The notes under the pieces were generated by a model, which was given only the letters and a program-made list of their open reading frames with translations, made no database searches and was not told where the DNA came from. A stretch of 64,000 nt of DNA from Lama glama. Its lineage: Eukaryota. The stretch is taken from NCBI GenBank assembly GCA_028534125.1, contig CM052817.1:23872001-23936000 (forward strand), read 5' to 3'. The position numbers and the translations under genes were made by a program. Positions 11,846 to 25,719 of the stretch are shown here, piece after piece (position 1 is the stretch's first letter; the number at the start of each line of letters is the position of its first letter).

Positions 11846-14800
11846 TTTGTACCTCTTGAACTTGAAGCCAACCGAACGTTATTGCCCATTAAAAGGTTAA
11901 TTACAAGAAAATGCGTGCTTAAAAAATAACCTGCAGGCACATATACATTTTTAACAATGGGATGGAGTGTGAATGTTAGACTTTCAAGAAAATTTAAAAT
12001 AACCACCTATTAACCACAGTCTGATTGTGAGCATTATTCTCATTTTGAAAAATAGGCTCAAGTCAGGGACATGCCCAACTTCAACCTTTAAAATGCTATA
12101 AACTGGACTGAAAAAACAATGAGCATAGAAATTCAGTGGGTAGAAATATGTTATTATAGAAAGCATAAAGCAGATTCTGGAGTAAGCTATATTGTCCAGT
12201 TGGTCTGTGGTCACACAGGGTGGGCTCTCAAAGAGCACCAATGGCCACGCGTGGCAGAACAGACCTGATCCTGCAAAGGTGGCAATGAGGACGTGGGCAC
12301 TGGGAGTCAGAACTAGGCGGGAATCTTGACTGACCCATTTACTGGCTGTATGACTACTGACAAGTACATTAATTCATCTGCACCTCACTGATGAAACGGC
12401 AGAAATATAACACTGCTATAAAAACTAAACAAACAAATACAAGTTGAGGGAGGGTCTAATACATTCAGACAATCCTCTCATTTGAGGGGTCCAAATACAG
12501 AATTTGTCTTCAATGAGGATATTTTCGTTTTATTTACAGGGACTGAAAGTAGTCACACCAATGATTCCATACTCAACATTCAGATTGGAATTAATGGCAA
12601 ATATTTACCAAGACACTGAAATGGGTCATTTGTACAAATTTGGAGCAACAGAGCCTGGCTAAAGCCACAGTTCAGAACTAGAAAGTGAAGGAACAAAATC
12701 AAAGTTTGATTCCTAAGAAGAAAAATTAAAGAAGGGTTTGTTAACCACAAATTTGCTGCAATCTCAAACCTATTTTTGGAAATACCGGATGCCAGGTTTC
12801 CATGCCAGGATTTTAAGAACTTGGTGCTTAGACATTTGTGGAAAACAGATGTGGCATTGTATGACACTGGCATCAGATTTCCGGGGCAACACCAGATGCA
12901 GAGTTTGGCCAGATACAGAACCCAGAGAATCTGAGGCCACCACCTACATCCTGCTGCTTCTTTCTGCACCACACAGCCCAGAGCTCTATGAGGTCTATTT
13001 ACATTCTATTAGAGTCTCATTCCCATGCCAGACACCAGGGAACATTATGCTGGGGGAATGAGTCTCTTGTTATACGCTGATCTGAGAAATGTTTAATCAA
13101 GTGAATGCAGTTAAAACCTCAATGCCTCAATTATCATTAAATGGATACACAAACCTACCAAGCAAGACATCTGGTTGTAATGAATTCCCTAATATTAACA
13201 TGATATTCAAAAACTCATCAGGAAAAGATGCGAGACGGGCTGTCAGGACAATGTAACAAATGGAAACCAAAGTCAATTATCTTAAATTTGCCTCGTGTCT
13301 CTTTGCAGAAAGTCCATTCCAGTAGCAATACTGTATATATAAACACTGCATATACTTTGGTGTGTGTTCATATTTTATAACCTCCAATAAAATTTTTAAA
13401 ATACTAGTTTATACCATAGCCACATCATTTTGAGAAAAATAAATGTATAAAATCATTATTTTTCTAGAATACAGAAAGTCTGTAAGCTTTGAACTGATTT
13501 AAAAAATTTTCTATAAACAAAATTTCTATGTGACAAAAATTAACAGAAAAATGAAAAATAAGTGACAGCTTAGAAAACCAGCTGTAGAAAATATGACATG
13601 AAGATTAACATCTATATTACGCGAAAAGCTTAAAGAAATTGTCAGAAATGACAATAAAATCCCAGTAAATAAATCCGAAAAAAATGAAGATAGACTCCAT
13701 AAAGAGGAAAGTAGTATTAAAAGAATTTTTATTCATATATAAACTCTCTAGTCATGAAAACAGCTATAAATGACCATTAATTCAACAATTTCATTCTAGA
13801 AATGTTTACTGAGTGTCAGCTACTTTCCTGGAACTCCGAATGGCAGAGCAGTGAATAAAGTAAATCACCACAGCCTTAATTTGGGAATATAAAAATTATA
13901 ATGCTTTTAAGGTTAAAATGAAACTAATGTCTATTCATGTACCTAACAGAACTTTCAATGCAAACAATTCTTTAGAAATGGGTTACAAGAACTCTTGTCC
14001 AAAAAGATCATCAAAATGAAAGAGAAGGCTACAAACAGAAGGCTATCAGAAATCTCTCTCATTTATTTATCCCTGTGTGTTACCCCCAATGGAAGGTAAG
14101 ATCTTAAAGAACAGTAACCCTTTGCGTTACCACTGTGCCCCAAATGCCTAGAGCAGTGCTCACGAATGAAGAGATGCCCAACAAACACTTGTAACATGGA
14201 TAAATGAAAGTGAATCTTTGAACTGAGCAACTAACAAAGCTAAAAGTCCACGTTAATTGCATACAGCGTGGAGCTGGTGGTGAACTCTGGAGGGAATGTG
14301 CAGACTGGCATTCTCCTGGAAAACATCATGACACTTCCCTTAAGAAATAAAGAAGTTATTGGCTTTGTTATGACAGTCTATTCTAATATCTATTTTAATT
14401 TAAAGAAATGCATAGGCTCTTGACTCAGAAGAGGTAGATCCAGAAAACGTGAAAGAATCACTGAAAATATATCTGTACGCATGTTTGACATGGAATCTTA
14501 AGGATACCTATTAGAAGCAGAGGAAAAGCTCTAGGAAAGATTAATAATAATCCACAAAATTAGAGTAAATTTCCAGACATAGGCACAGAGTTAAAGGAAC
14601 TTATGGGAAATAACAATGGTTTCAAATTGTTTTTCAAACACTTTCTTTTATGCTGACTTTGCAGATAGAGTTTTAATTTCTCCAATAGATCATACTCTGG
14701 TAATAAAAAGTCTGTATTAAGAAAAAAGAATTAAACAGTTTTCATATAATTTATAAGCTGAAAAAATTAAAGTTTTATACAAAAATTGAGCTTATAGCCA

Positions 14801-16014
14801 AAAAATAAAAATAAAAACAAATCAGTAGCTATAGTTTAGAACCAACACTATCCACTGTCAACTCTCTCTGGAGTGACTTCCAAAATAAATTAGTATTTAA
14901 CTATATATAAATAGAAGCAAAAAAACAAAAAGAAAATAGTTTATATGTCGAGGGGGATGTAGGTCAATTTTATTTTTTATTCTATGTATACTGTAAGTTA
15001 TATAGGCAGTAACATTGCTGTTTTAAATATTTTTTAATTAAACTTTGATGCATGGACTTAAATTAGGTCCAATACAAATTAAGATATAGAGATTCAAATC
15101 TAACACCTCTGTCAGTTAAAAAAAACATAAGATTACTCCATGTATTGTGTATATAAAATTTTTAGAAGTTACATCTAACTATTTTACTATCTTTGAGTGC
15201 TTTTCCTAAAACACTAGCTTAAAGCCCTCTGCATTCAGGAGAAGGGACTCACTGTGCTTGTTACCCAAGTTCTCCACACAATCTGGTCAGGCACGTGAGA
15301 ATGAGCAACCTTGCTCTGGAAAGAAAGACGTACACCAGGATGTAAAAACAGATGAAACTGGAATGGTGTGTCAGGGCCTACGTACAAAGGATCTTCCTTA
15401 ATTTACCCACCCAGTCTTGAGCCAACTAGTTCCTTAAGGTTTGACTCAAGACCAAGTCCCTTAAGACCTGGCTCCATATACTATGATTCAATTTTGTTTT
15501 TTGAAGACCGCGTATACAAACAATAGAACACACTTTTTAAGGGAATATATACAGGAGTGCTAATGCATTAAAAAAAGACTTGAAATATATATTTATCAAA
15601 AATAGGCTGACCTCTCAAAAGGGGTCCAGCATGAATGCTTTAATTTTTAAGGAGGTGATATTCATTCCTTGTATATGGAAGTGTTTCTAATTCCTAGACT
15701 TCATTAGATGCCCTGTTTTGCCCTTCTCAGTAACTTCTGCACAAGTCTAATAAAGCACTGAGCTCACCAGGCAGCACAAATGCTGGTGTTGCCTGACTTT
15801 TCCTCCTAGAAGGTAAAACTCGCATCCTCCTCTGCAAGCACATCATTTTTAGAAGGTCTGACATGGGATACAGTGTTTACTGAAGGCACACTCCAGCCTG
15901 CTAGGCAACTAAGTTATTCAAGGGGAGATTCCTTAGGCCATTTCTAAAAGGTCACAAGTCAGAAATTTTCTTTTCAACATAGACTTTAAAAAGACACTTT
16001 GCTGTAGCAGCTAA

Positions 16015-16230
16015 GAAGTTAGGCTTAAGCTTATAAAGTTCTGGTTTTAAAATAAACTCTCATGATGAACTATAATCCTTAAACAAGTTACTTAATCCTC
16101 ATTCTCCCCATCTATGAAACATGGATGAGAATATCTTCCTCTTACATTTGTGGGAAAGATTAAAAGGGAATGTTTAGAAATTCATCAACACAGTACCTGG
16201 TACTCAACAAACGGTAGTCATTACTATGCT
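16015..16230 (+). mobile_element. MIR SINE
   Basis: caagttacttaatcctcattctccccatctatgaaacatggatgagaata...acagtacctggtac. Confidence 0.7.
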
Positions 16231-17749
16231 TTTTATGCTCAATTATTAATATTAAAGCAAGAATTTCATGTAACTTTTTGCTAACCAGAACGTATGAATA
16301 AAACTTTAAAAATATCTGCTTTGCTTTAAGGGAATAACATAAACTCAGACAATCCAGCTAATGTAAGCAATGAACCTAATAATTTGAAGTTCATCAGGTC
16401 TGCGTAAGTAAAAAATGAATACCTCAATTAATCTGGCAGAGTAACTTCCATTTTGATACACGTAAATTATGCATTTTTAACCTTATTCCAATTAAAAGAA
16501 AGTTTTAATCACCTTGCTTCAGAGACTGAAAATGTTCATATTCAGCTCAGACACATGATTAAGCTGTAAATCACTACTCTTCTTGAGGAAGAAGCTAACT
16601 ATCCAAGTTATTAATATGCCAACAGTGCTCAGTGATGCCTCCCATAGTTAATTGGCCAAGAAATCTTATCCCCAAAATGTAATGAGTAAGTTCACACTGA
16701 AGTTCACTGGATGCCTTGGATAAAGATCTACGGTTAATTTTTTGGAAACTCCTGTTTGTTTTGAGGTACTATCTCTATTTTTTTGTTATGAAAACAGCCG
16801 GCATTTCCATTTCACCTTATCGTAATCCATTATAATTTAAAAACAAATGAGTTCATCTTAGATCAGATGTCCAAAACACACTGCTTAATTCCACAAATAA
16901 TGACTAAGCATCTAATGTATTCTAGGCTGACAGATTAAGCAAGAATTCATTCCTAAAAGGGGATAAGAAAATAATTTTCTTATACATATTAAAAGCCAGA
17001 TATGGTAGAGAAAAAGAAGCCTACAGAATCAAATGAAGTTAACAGGATTTGTTAAAACTTTAACGTCAGTCTCCTCAAACCATTTAAATTCTCTGCTGAA
17101 TCCTTTGATATCAACAGAATTCAACGTCCTAACAAGTTCTTATTTATACGTGATACGTGCATATGTGCGTATGTGAGTACACCAATCACCTGCCTCTAGT
17201 AATTGATCTCCTTTGCAGTCAACATACCTGCTCAAAAAATACAAAAACAAAAACAAAAACACCAAAAAACCCAAAATCAAATAAAAAAACAGGACCCCCG
17301 CCCCAAACCCAGTAAACTCAAGAAATGGTACTTTTGCCTACTCTACAGTTGCATCACAGAAACAAAAGAAATGCAACAGGTGCAGAACTAGACCTGTTTC
17401 ATCAACAGCTGTAACAGTTAATTGGTTCTTAATTATGCTCTTGTGTAGTTTTGCAATGTTCCTTCATCTAAAGGACACTTTTCAAAAATGAATTTTCATT
17501 GATTCTATTTCCTTAGTTCCTTAAAGAAGGTGATGTCCAGTCTCCAATTTGATGTAGATTACCTGCTGCGGGTGGAACTGAGCAAATGCAGCAAAGCAAC
17601 TCTGTCGCATTTGGAGTATACAAGGCAAAAGCCAGACTCCATGAGTGAAAACATTAATAAGCCTAACAAACAAAGCACAGCTGCTCATGTAGTTTGTAAG
17701 GTTTGTAATACAAGGAACCACAATCTGCAATTAGTCCAGCATAGCTCAC

Positions 17750-17928
17750 CTGTTCGTTTTTGCAAAGCCACACGCTGTTTCCACTTAATACAGTAAAAAT
17801 TTTAGCTTTATAGCCTCTCAGTTCAAGATATCCACATTTCTCAGGTGCAGCAACTGCTGGAGACTGGGAGGAAAGGGACTGTAATTTCAGGGCATTTAGC
17901 AGTAGGCTGATCCAGTCATTTCTCTCCT
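17750..17928 (-). CDS. ARAP2: ARAP2 exon 9 (179 nt), PH1 helix and start of PH2
   Basis: attttcag|AG...CAG|gtgagc. Translates EERNDWISLLLNALKLQ...EKCGYLELRGYKAKIFTVLSGNSVWLCKNEQ. Phases 1 to 0. Confidence 0.96.
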
Positions 17929-18117
17929 CTGAAAATAAAGACAAGAGAAGGCACAGAGATCCATAGTTAATAAGTTATAAAGACACAGCCATGTGGAAAG
18001 AGATCAACTTTCTTTGCAACAGATAATTTATAGATTCTTTCCCAGAACCACAACCTAAATGCTCCTGTCAGCAGGGCTAATGGCCTAGTTCTGTTAGGGA
18101 AAAGAACTCACTCTTAC

Positions 18118-18293
18118 TAGTCCTCCCTCGGTATCCGCAGCAGACTGGTTCCAGGGCTGTCGTGGATGCCAGAATCTCCAGATGCTCAAGTCCCTTACAG
18201 TCAGCCCTCTGCATCCCCAGATTCACCAACCATGGGTTCTACCCACCATGGGTCAAAAATACCCTTGTGTGCAGAACCAGAGGGTATGTACTG
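18118..18293 (+). mobile_element. MER2/Tigger-like DNA transposon fragment, followed by a MER5-like remnant to about 18430
   Basis: tagtcctccctcggtatccgc...ggttccagg...gatgctcaagtccctta matches the MER2-type left end. Confidence 0.65.
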
Positions 18294-21200
18294 GTTACAG
18301 GACTCAGTTGTCCTGCAACCAATACCACTGGCTTCACCTGAGAGCTGGGCAGAAATACACAATCCCAGGCCCGGCTCCAGACCTAACGAATCAGAATCTT
18401 CTCCAGATGATGCGCATCCATGTTAACATCTAAGCAGCATTCTTTTACGTTATTCGTGACACTGGATTGTCTCTCTTAATATATGAGAGTAATATGGCTA
18501 TGGAACAGCTAACAGATCGTACCCAGCAATGCAGTTACTAAAATACCCAGGAAAGCTTACTTTCTAACAGGTACTTGGAACCTACTCAAGGAGGTGATTG
18601 CCGTGTGAGTCACTCACCTGTCACTGACAACAGCATCTCATCTGTTAAATTAAAACTCAGTTCTCTCACTCCTTCCACAAAAACTAAGTGACCTTCAACT
18701 ATATACAACACACCGTGTTACGGGCCTTGGAATTCGATCTAGTCCCCAGAGAGCAATCAAATCTGTAAGTCAAGTTAGATGTGAACACATAAGGGAACAC
18801 AGAATACTATAAATGTCATATAAATGGTGTCCAATAATATATGAGTCAATTCAGTGGAGGTAAGTGGTTTGCTGAAGGTCATATAGCAAGTTAGTATTAA
18901 AATTAGGGGAAACAAATGTTTTAACTCTCGGCACTTTGAGGGAAAAAAAAGGACGTCTGTGCTAGGTCTTGACAATGAGGAGCAATTTCAAAGGCAAAAC
19001 TGGAGTCTGGGGGAAGGAAGTATAAAACAGTGTCTAAGCAGGGGAAACACAAGGACAAAAGCAGAGACAGCCAACGTCTGCTCAGGGACGAATTTATAGA
19101 TGAATATATTTATCATTTTGAACTCATAGAGAAATAGTGGGAAAATACAGCTACAGAACCTGCAGGCCCTCGTAAGGAGTCTGGTCTTTATTACGGAAGC
19201 CAAGGAGAAGCATCTGAGAATTCTGAGCAAGAAAAGGACATGATTAGGATGATGACAGACCAAACCGGAAGCTTGGGGGTCAGCACAAAGGCAACAGAGA
19301 CTTCAAATACAACAAAAATGGAACGAAAAGAACCTCTGAGGGGTTAAGACATTCAGCAGAGTAAAATAGCTGAGGTTTTGAATATGTTTGACGGCTGTTC
19401 TCAAAAAAAAAAAAAAATTACTCAGAAGAAAAGGTAGCTCGGAATCATGAACTGACCAAAGAAGGTAGGAGGGCCTCTATTTTAGTTACAGAACCACCTT
19501 GGGTTTTCGGTGCCCTGGTGCGAGCATCTAGGCAGACTGGTAGCAGTATGTGAATGAAGGTCGTCTATACAAGACTCTTGACAGTGGATAAATGTTTAAT
19601 GTGAAAGGAGAAGACGCGGTGCCTGCTGGAGGTATAACTGATTCTAGGAGGCTTGAAGGTGGGCCAGAAAAAAGAAAAATGGAGACACAGTTATCAAGGT
19701 AAAAACAAATAAAACAGACTGAATTCCAGGGAGGAGAATTTTTTGAGAAGGAGAGAGTAAGCAGGCCTCAAGCTTGGGAAACTGGCCAGTATCTCAGATC
19801 CTTCTAAGACAGGTCTGCTCAGAGGTCATGTCATTGTGGACGGAAATAAGTCTCCAGACTAGACTTGCTTACATTCAAAGATGGATCCAGAGTTATGTTA
19901 TAGTACAAGTCTTAATTTTTAAATTATCTTCACTCTTGTTCACCTTCAGAACTACTGAAACCAGTTAGTTGTGTCTTTAACAACCACAAGTATTCACTAA
20001 AAACTCATTCAACAACATGTGATGGCAGGTATTACATGATCCCCAAATAACAGTGCTTGTTCCTCTATATCATAACGAAATATTTCTCCAACTTCCCCAG
20101 CATCGTTATGAGCTAAAAAGTGAAATATTCAGGTAAATAAGCCAAAGTCGATGCACAGCAGCTACCCTACATTTTACATCTGCATAGACAGACTGCACTG
20201 TGGTAACTCATTACTTTCAGCAACAGCAACAGACCTTCCACTTCACTTGGTGATTGCTTGTGATCATTAAATACACACAAGATATTCCTGCCAAGGAAAT
20301 GGTACACGATGTTTTTTGTTTGTTTGCTTATGTTAATCCACATAAATCACTGACTTTGAAAAGTAGGTCATAATTTAATGAACTGGGCCAAAGTGATTGT
20401 GGTTTCCAGACTACTATTAGCGTAGATATCAGTTTCCCAGGAAATAATTTGAAACTGGCAACTGCATTAACTGTTGGACTTAGGTGTATAATGGCTGCAT
20501 CTCAACAAATGGTTCCCTTATCGCCTAAAAGAATTGTCTAGCTCCTGAGGGCCTCATTTACTAATAGGAAGTAAACAGTCATGAAGAAGAACAGGACTGA
20601 ACAGTAACACTCAGTTTATATTTAATTACCCAAGCCAGTGGAGATAAACAGTGATACAGACAATTCAAACACAATAAAAGAGATTACAAGTGTCATTGGT
20701 ATTTGGCTGTGCCAAGTGCGCACATTGGCCACGGGGAACATACTTTGGTAAGTCACAATATTCCAAAGCAAATAATGACTTTCCCCTGGGCAAAGGCAAA
20801 GCCAGATACTAGGCTGGCTTCTGCCTGCTCTTCATGCCAAGGTACTTTTATTCTTCCAATAACAAATATTTATTGAGCACCTATCTTGATCTAAGCACTG
20901 TTCCTTCTGAGAATGTGCTCTGACCTAGACACGACTTTGCTCAGAGTAGAACTTTCCAGGTTGGAAAAAGAAAAAAGGGAAGAGGGGAAACAAAATCACC
21001 ACTTTCTTGTGATTATGCCAGAATGTAAATAAAAGACAGCAGCCTTACCCTCACCCTCAGCTTAGCTCTTGAGGTTTTCAGGAATGCCAACTTACAGTGC
21101 GCAAATCAAAACAAGCTGCTAAAAAGCATTGACAGGGAAGACTCACTATGCTCTGGACCACAGGATTTAACAGGCGGCATTTTCATTAGCAACCGAGGAT

Positions 21201-21387
21201 TGACTGCATGAGGGATTACTACACGAGGGCCTTGTAAAACATTAGTAAACGATTCTAACAAAGTTTGGATAGACTCTTACTTTTGATGTAATATAATCGA
21301 ACTAAAGATCTCTCAGTGTAGTGTAACCCACGATCAATATTAGAGAAGGCATTACTACACACCAGGGTTGTTCTTGAAATTGATAAT

Positions 21388-22130
21388 GACTCATTGATAC
21401 CAATATCTACTGAGGGCCCGCTAGGTTCTAAGCCCTGTCCTGAATACCAGGAATGAAGCAGTGAACAAGACAGATCATGGCCTTCCTCTCTGGGAGTTCA
21501 CACTCTTGTGAAAGGAGGAAGGCAATAAAATGTAGTTCTATGTTACACGGTGACAAATGCAAGGGAATAAATTAAAGCACAAGATGAGGGGCACAGGAAG
21601 CACTATTCTATGTAGGGTAAAACAAATAGCCTCAGAAAGAAGGCAATGGTTAAGCAAAAGCTTAGAAGAAGAGGAAGTGATGGAGCAAGTCAGAAGGATG
21701 GCTGAAGGAAGAGCGTTCCAGGATACAGAAAGCAGCAGGTGTTGAGGCCAAGGCAGCAGCAGGTTTGGCACGTTCACGGGACAAGAGGCTGCAGTGTAGC
21801 GATGAGGGAGAGCACAGAAGGAAACAAGGACACAGAGACCAGGGCCAGATGATGCAGGGGCTTCTGGACATCACAAGTACTTTACTCAGTGAGATGGAAA
21901 GACTACAGGACCTCGGAAACGGACAGACGGGATCTGACTTCCTTGCTGAACGACTGCTCTGATAACTCTACTCAAAATATGACCATAGTTGATCCAGGGA
22001 GGTTATGGCAATCATCCACGTAGACGAAGCAGTGGCCTGTGCCAGAGGGAAAGTGGTGGAGACACTGAGAATTGGTCAGAATCCAGACAAATTTCCAAAG
22101 TCACACTGGTAAGATCTGTTGTTGAGCTAG
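21388..22130 (-). mobile_element. LINE-2 3' fragment
   Basis: Reverse-strand L2 signature (atctactgagggcc...gcagtgaacaagacagatcatggcc...gggccagatgatgcaggggctt). It explains the cluster of short ORFs here. Confidence 0.75.
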
Positions 22131-22362
22131 ATGCGAGCGAGAGAAGATTTAACGATGGCTGCACAGTTTGTGGCCTATTTTATCAAAGGAGTCACTCAAA
22201 GTACACAGCAGAGAACTTTTAACTCTCCTTGCTCTCCCTCCAGACATCAGATGTCCCATGCTCTGCTTCTAGAAACAAGGAAGATTTCTAAACAGGTAAG
22301 TCTATTCACCCAAAACAACTAAGGGAAATTTATATGTTTCTTATCCCAAATCCCTAAGTGTT

Positions 22363-22365
<3 letters not shown>

Positions 22366-22397
<32 letters not shown>
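22366..22397. repeat. (CA)n microsatellite, about 16 units
   Basis: Perfect CA run, read directly. Confidence 0.97.
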
Positions 22398-22401
<4 letters not shown>

Positions 22402-23981
22402 CTTTGCAGTTTCTGAGCTGCCACTGGAGGGCTGTACAATGTTGCGCAGAAACAGATTTGAAAGGGTGACACACCTGCCTGTCTCCCAGGGGCTGCAGCC
22501 AGCTGATGAACATGAACACGGGGACTACAGCCGAGGGCTGGGACTGAAAATGGCCCTGGAAAGGGAATGACCACTTAGACTTCTCAAGCCTTCTTCTAAC
22601 TATGAGAATTGCCCACTCAAAATATCACCTGTTTTTTGTACATATCTGCCTGTGTGACCACAGGTGCTAAGGGAACATGGGTCATTAGCTCTTATGACCC
22701 TCTGAGCAATTCCAGAGTGTCTGCTTGAGGACAAAAGGAATCAGGCTAAATTTTCTTTTGGAAGAGGAGAATCTGAAAGATGTTATCATTTCCATATAAT
22801 TAACTTTCAACTAAGAAAATAACAGTATTTCACTAGGAAACCCAGAGGAATTGAAGCCTTAGAGAATTTGTGGGGAAAAGATGCCAGATTGCCATCCTCT
22901 CTAAGCAATGCCAGCGGGCAAAGCGGCAGTTTATAAAGAGCAATGCTGGTTTCTGGGAGACCAAGGAGAGCTGCGTATATAGGTCATTCAAAACCTTTCA
23001 CCAAAAGTGAAGAATTCATCTCTGTTGAGCTGTCAGTCTATTGTCCTTTCTGTTCTAAACTTTGATTTTGCTTCTTAATTAAACTGAAGCAAAGTTTAAT
23101 TTGGCTTAAGTTCATTAAATCAAAATTTTTATAAGCAAATGTGGTTGATTTCTCAGTTCCCACCAAATAAAAAATAATCAACCATTTGTATATATGGAAG
23201 GAGGAAAAAAATACACTGAAAACATATTTAGTATCCTGTTAAAGACTCCATACTAAATATATAGACACATATGCTACTTACTTTCATATACATATACACA
23301 CGCACACACACACATACCTCTACACTCATCTTTAAAAATGTGAGTTGTTACTATGTAAAAATGACTTTCAATGAAAATAGCATATTCAGTAATTCCTTGT
23401 GGCTAAACTTCAGTTTTCACTGAAGCAGTATTTCTAAGGTTTCAAAAATTAAAGACGTAAGACTGTATTTAACAAACAATAATTCAAACCAAGGTTCATG
23501 AAATTCTTATACTCAGTTTACATCATAAAGATGAACTACACACCACAAAAGGACTTACTGGTCAATTGTAAACATGGTAACTTTTAAACATGTGTGGGTT
23601 GATACATTTTATTTAAACAAAAAGTGTCTGTTTAATTTTTCACTGTTACAAGTAATGGCTAAACAGATTTTCACACAAGTTGGAAGCTTTATTTAGTACG
23701 TCTATATTGAAATGAAGACTATGTGGCATATGTGAAATTCACTAGGAGGAGCCAAGAGGAAAAGCTAACACCTCAAGAAACAGGCAATCACCTCAATCAC
23801 CTCGGGGCAGTGGAGGCCAAAGCATTAGGAAGACCACCCCGATAGTCAGGATTTTAGGCAATGCCATGTATTTTAAGAAATACAGGAAGAGAGAATTTGT
23901 GATTTCAGATATACCATGGGTAACTTTCTGAATTTCAGGCAATCATTCACAATACATATTTCTATATAAAATACTCTAAGA

Positions 23982-24203
23982 CAGAGGTTGGCAAACTTTT
24001 TCTGCAAAGGGCTACACAGTAAATATCCCAGGCTTCCCGGCCATACAGTCTGCGCTGCCAGGACTCAAGGCTGCCCTGATGCACGCAAGCAGCCCTGAGG
24101 CAAAATGTAAATGAATGAGAGAGGCTGGGGTGAACAAGACCGCATTTACAAAAACAAGCAGTGAGCCAGGTTTAGGTTACAGGCCACACTTTGCCAACCC
24201 CAG
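23982..24203 (+). mobile_element. MER58A-like hAT-Charlie element, full length
   Basis: Terminal inverted repeats cagaggttggcaaa...tttgccaaccccag. Degenerate 8-bp flanks ctctaaga / ttctaggc. Confidence 0.85.
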
Positions 24204-25598
24204 TTCTAGGCTACAGCTCTCGGCATTTTTTTTTAACAGCAAGTGAAGTAAGAAACACGTTTTACGTTACACCAGGGTGGTATATACACAGGTATGTTTC
24301 ACACTATGTTACTTACACTTACTGTAAGCAAGGCACTTTGATATTTCTTACTATACTTCATGTTTGTTTTTTGCTTTGGGGGATTTTGTGGGGGACCATC
24401 AGAAACCACTAAATTGATCTCACTAATGGCTAGTGAGTGACTCCTAGTCTGGAAAAAAGCTGCTCCGGTGGGTACAGCAGCTGGAACGTATCCATTTACT
24501 GATTATTCCAAGCAATAATGGAAGCTTGTCAGTGATACGTAAGATTTATTAGAAGCTTTCTATGTGGCATGATGCATTGGTATATGTTCTAGGAACAGAG
24601 CAGTTTAAAAAAGTTAAATATTGCCCCATAACAGCTAATACGATCATCATTTATAAAAGGTAAATACTTACAAGTGTAAAACAGAATAACCGTAATACCT
24701 ACATGCCTCGTAAAACTATTATGAAAATGAACCATTTAGCTGATATCAAGTATTCAGTAGTTTTTTTCATATCACCATTATTTGAATAATTAACAACCAA
24801 GAAGTACTTTTAAAAATCAAGTTTAGTTATAATCGATACTAAAATAAAAGTAGGCTTTAAAATAGGGTAAAACTCTAGTTCTTTACTAAATGAAGATAGC
24901 CTTATCTACATTACTTAGAAGTAGTGAGGTTTATCGTTCTGATATGTTGATAGTCAATCACAGTTACAACAGACAATTTTTAACTCCCCTGCCTTCTTTC
25001 CCTGCCCACCCCCAAAATGTCAGAGAAAATGTAAAGGTTTAGACTCCATCCATAAACCACATGCCATCTTTAGATCAATATTCACCATCAAGTGACCCAC
25101 AGCAGATGACACAGGCGAAAAATTTCAAGAAATATAAATGATGCTCCAAAGTCAATACTAGAATGATTACTATGCCTGTGTTTTCAGTTAAAACCTGTCA
25201 TACATAAGCTTTGATAAAACCAATCTCTTCATTGTTAGAAAAATCATTTCTCCACATTAAACTTCTTGCACCATCAAAATAACAGCTAAAGGTGAGCTCC
25301 ATAAGAGCAGAGATGTTTGTCTACTTTTTTTCACTGCTACATGCTCCCAATTTAGAGGCATCCTTGCCATGTAGTAGATTCTCACTAAATACTTATTGCA
25401 TGAGAGAACACTGAACAAACAATGACTTGTCAAGTGGATTGTTTTAATGTTATGACATTCAAAAAATTATTATAAAATGTTTAAAAAATAACATATTTAA
25501 AGACTGCCTGACATTTCTAGCTTAACTGGTTTATTAAATTTTCTGATGTGTCAAAAATTAATGTCTGTATTTTCATAGGGATAAAGAAATAATCTTAC

Positions 25599-25719
25599 CT
25601 TCTTTTTCTACTCTAAAAACAAAAGTTCTTTGTGTTGTAACAACTTCAAATTTGTTGTCGCCTTGAACTCGTACTGTAGATATAGCAGAAAGGGGAATTA
25701 TTCCTTTTGAATACTTCTC
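25599..25719 (-). CDS. ARAP2: ARAP2 exon 8 (121 nt), PH1
   Basis: aatgcag|GAG...GAAG|gtaaga. Translates EKYSKGIIPLSAISTVRVQGDNKFEVVTTQRTFVFRVEKE. Phases 0 to 1. Confidence 0.96.

Noticed and set aside
20703..20715. TTGGCtgtGCCAA palindrome as an NFI site
   Set aside because: The spacer is 3 nt rather than the canonical 5.
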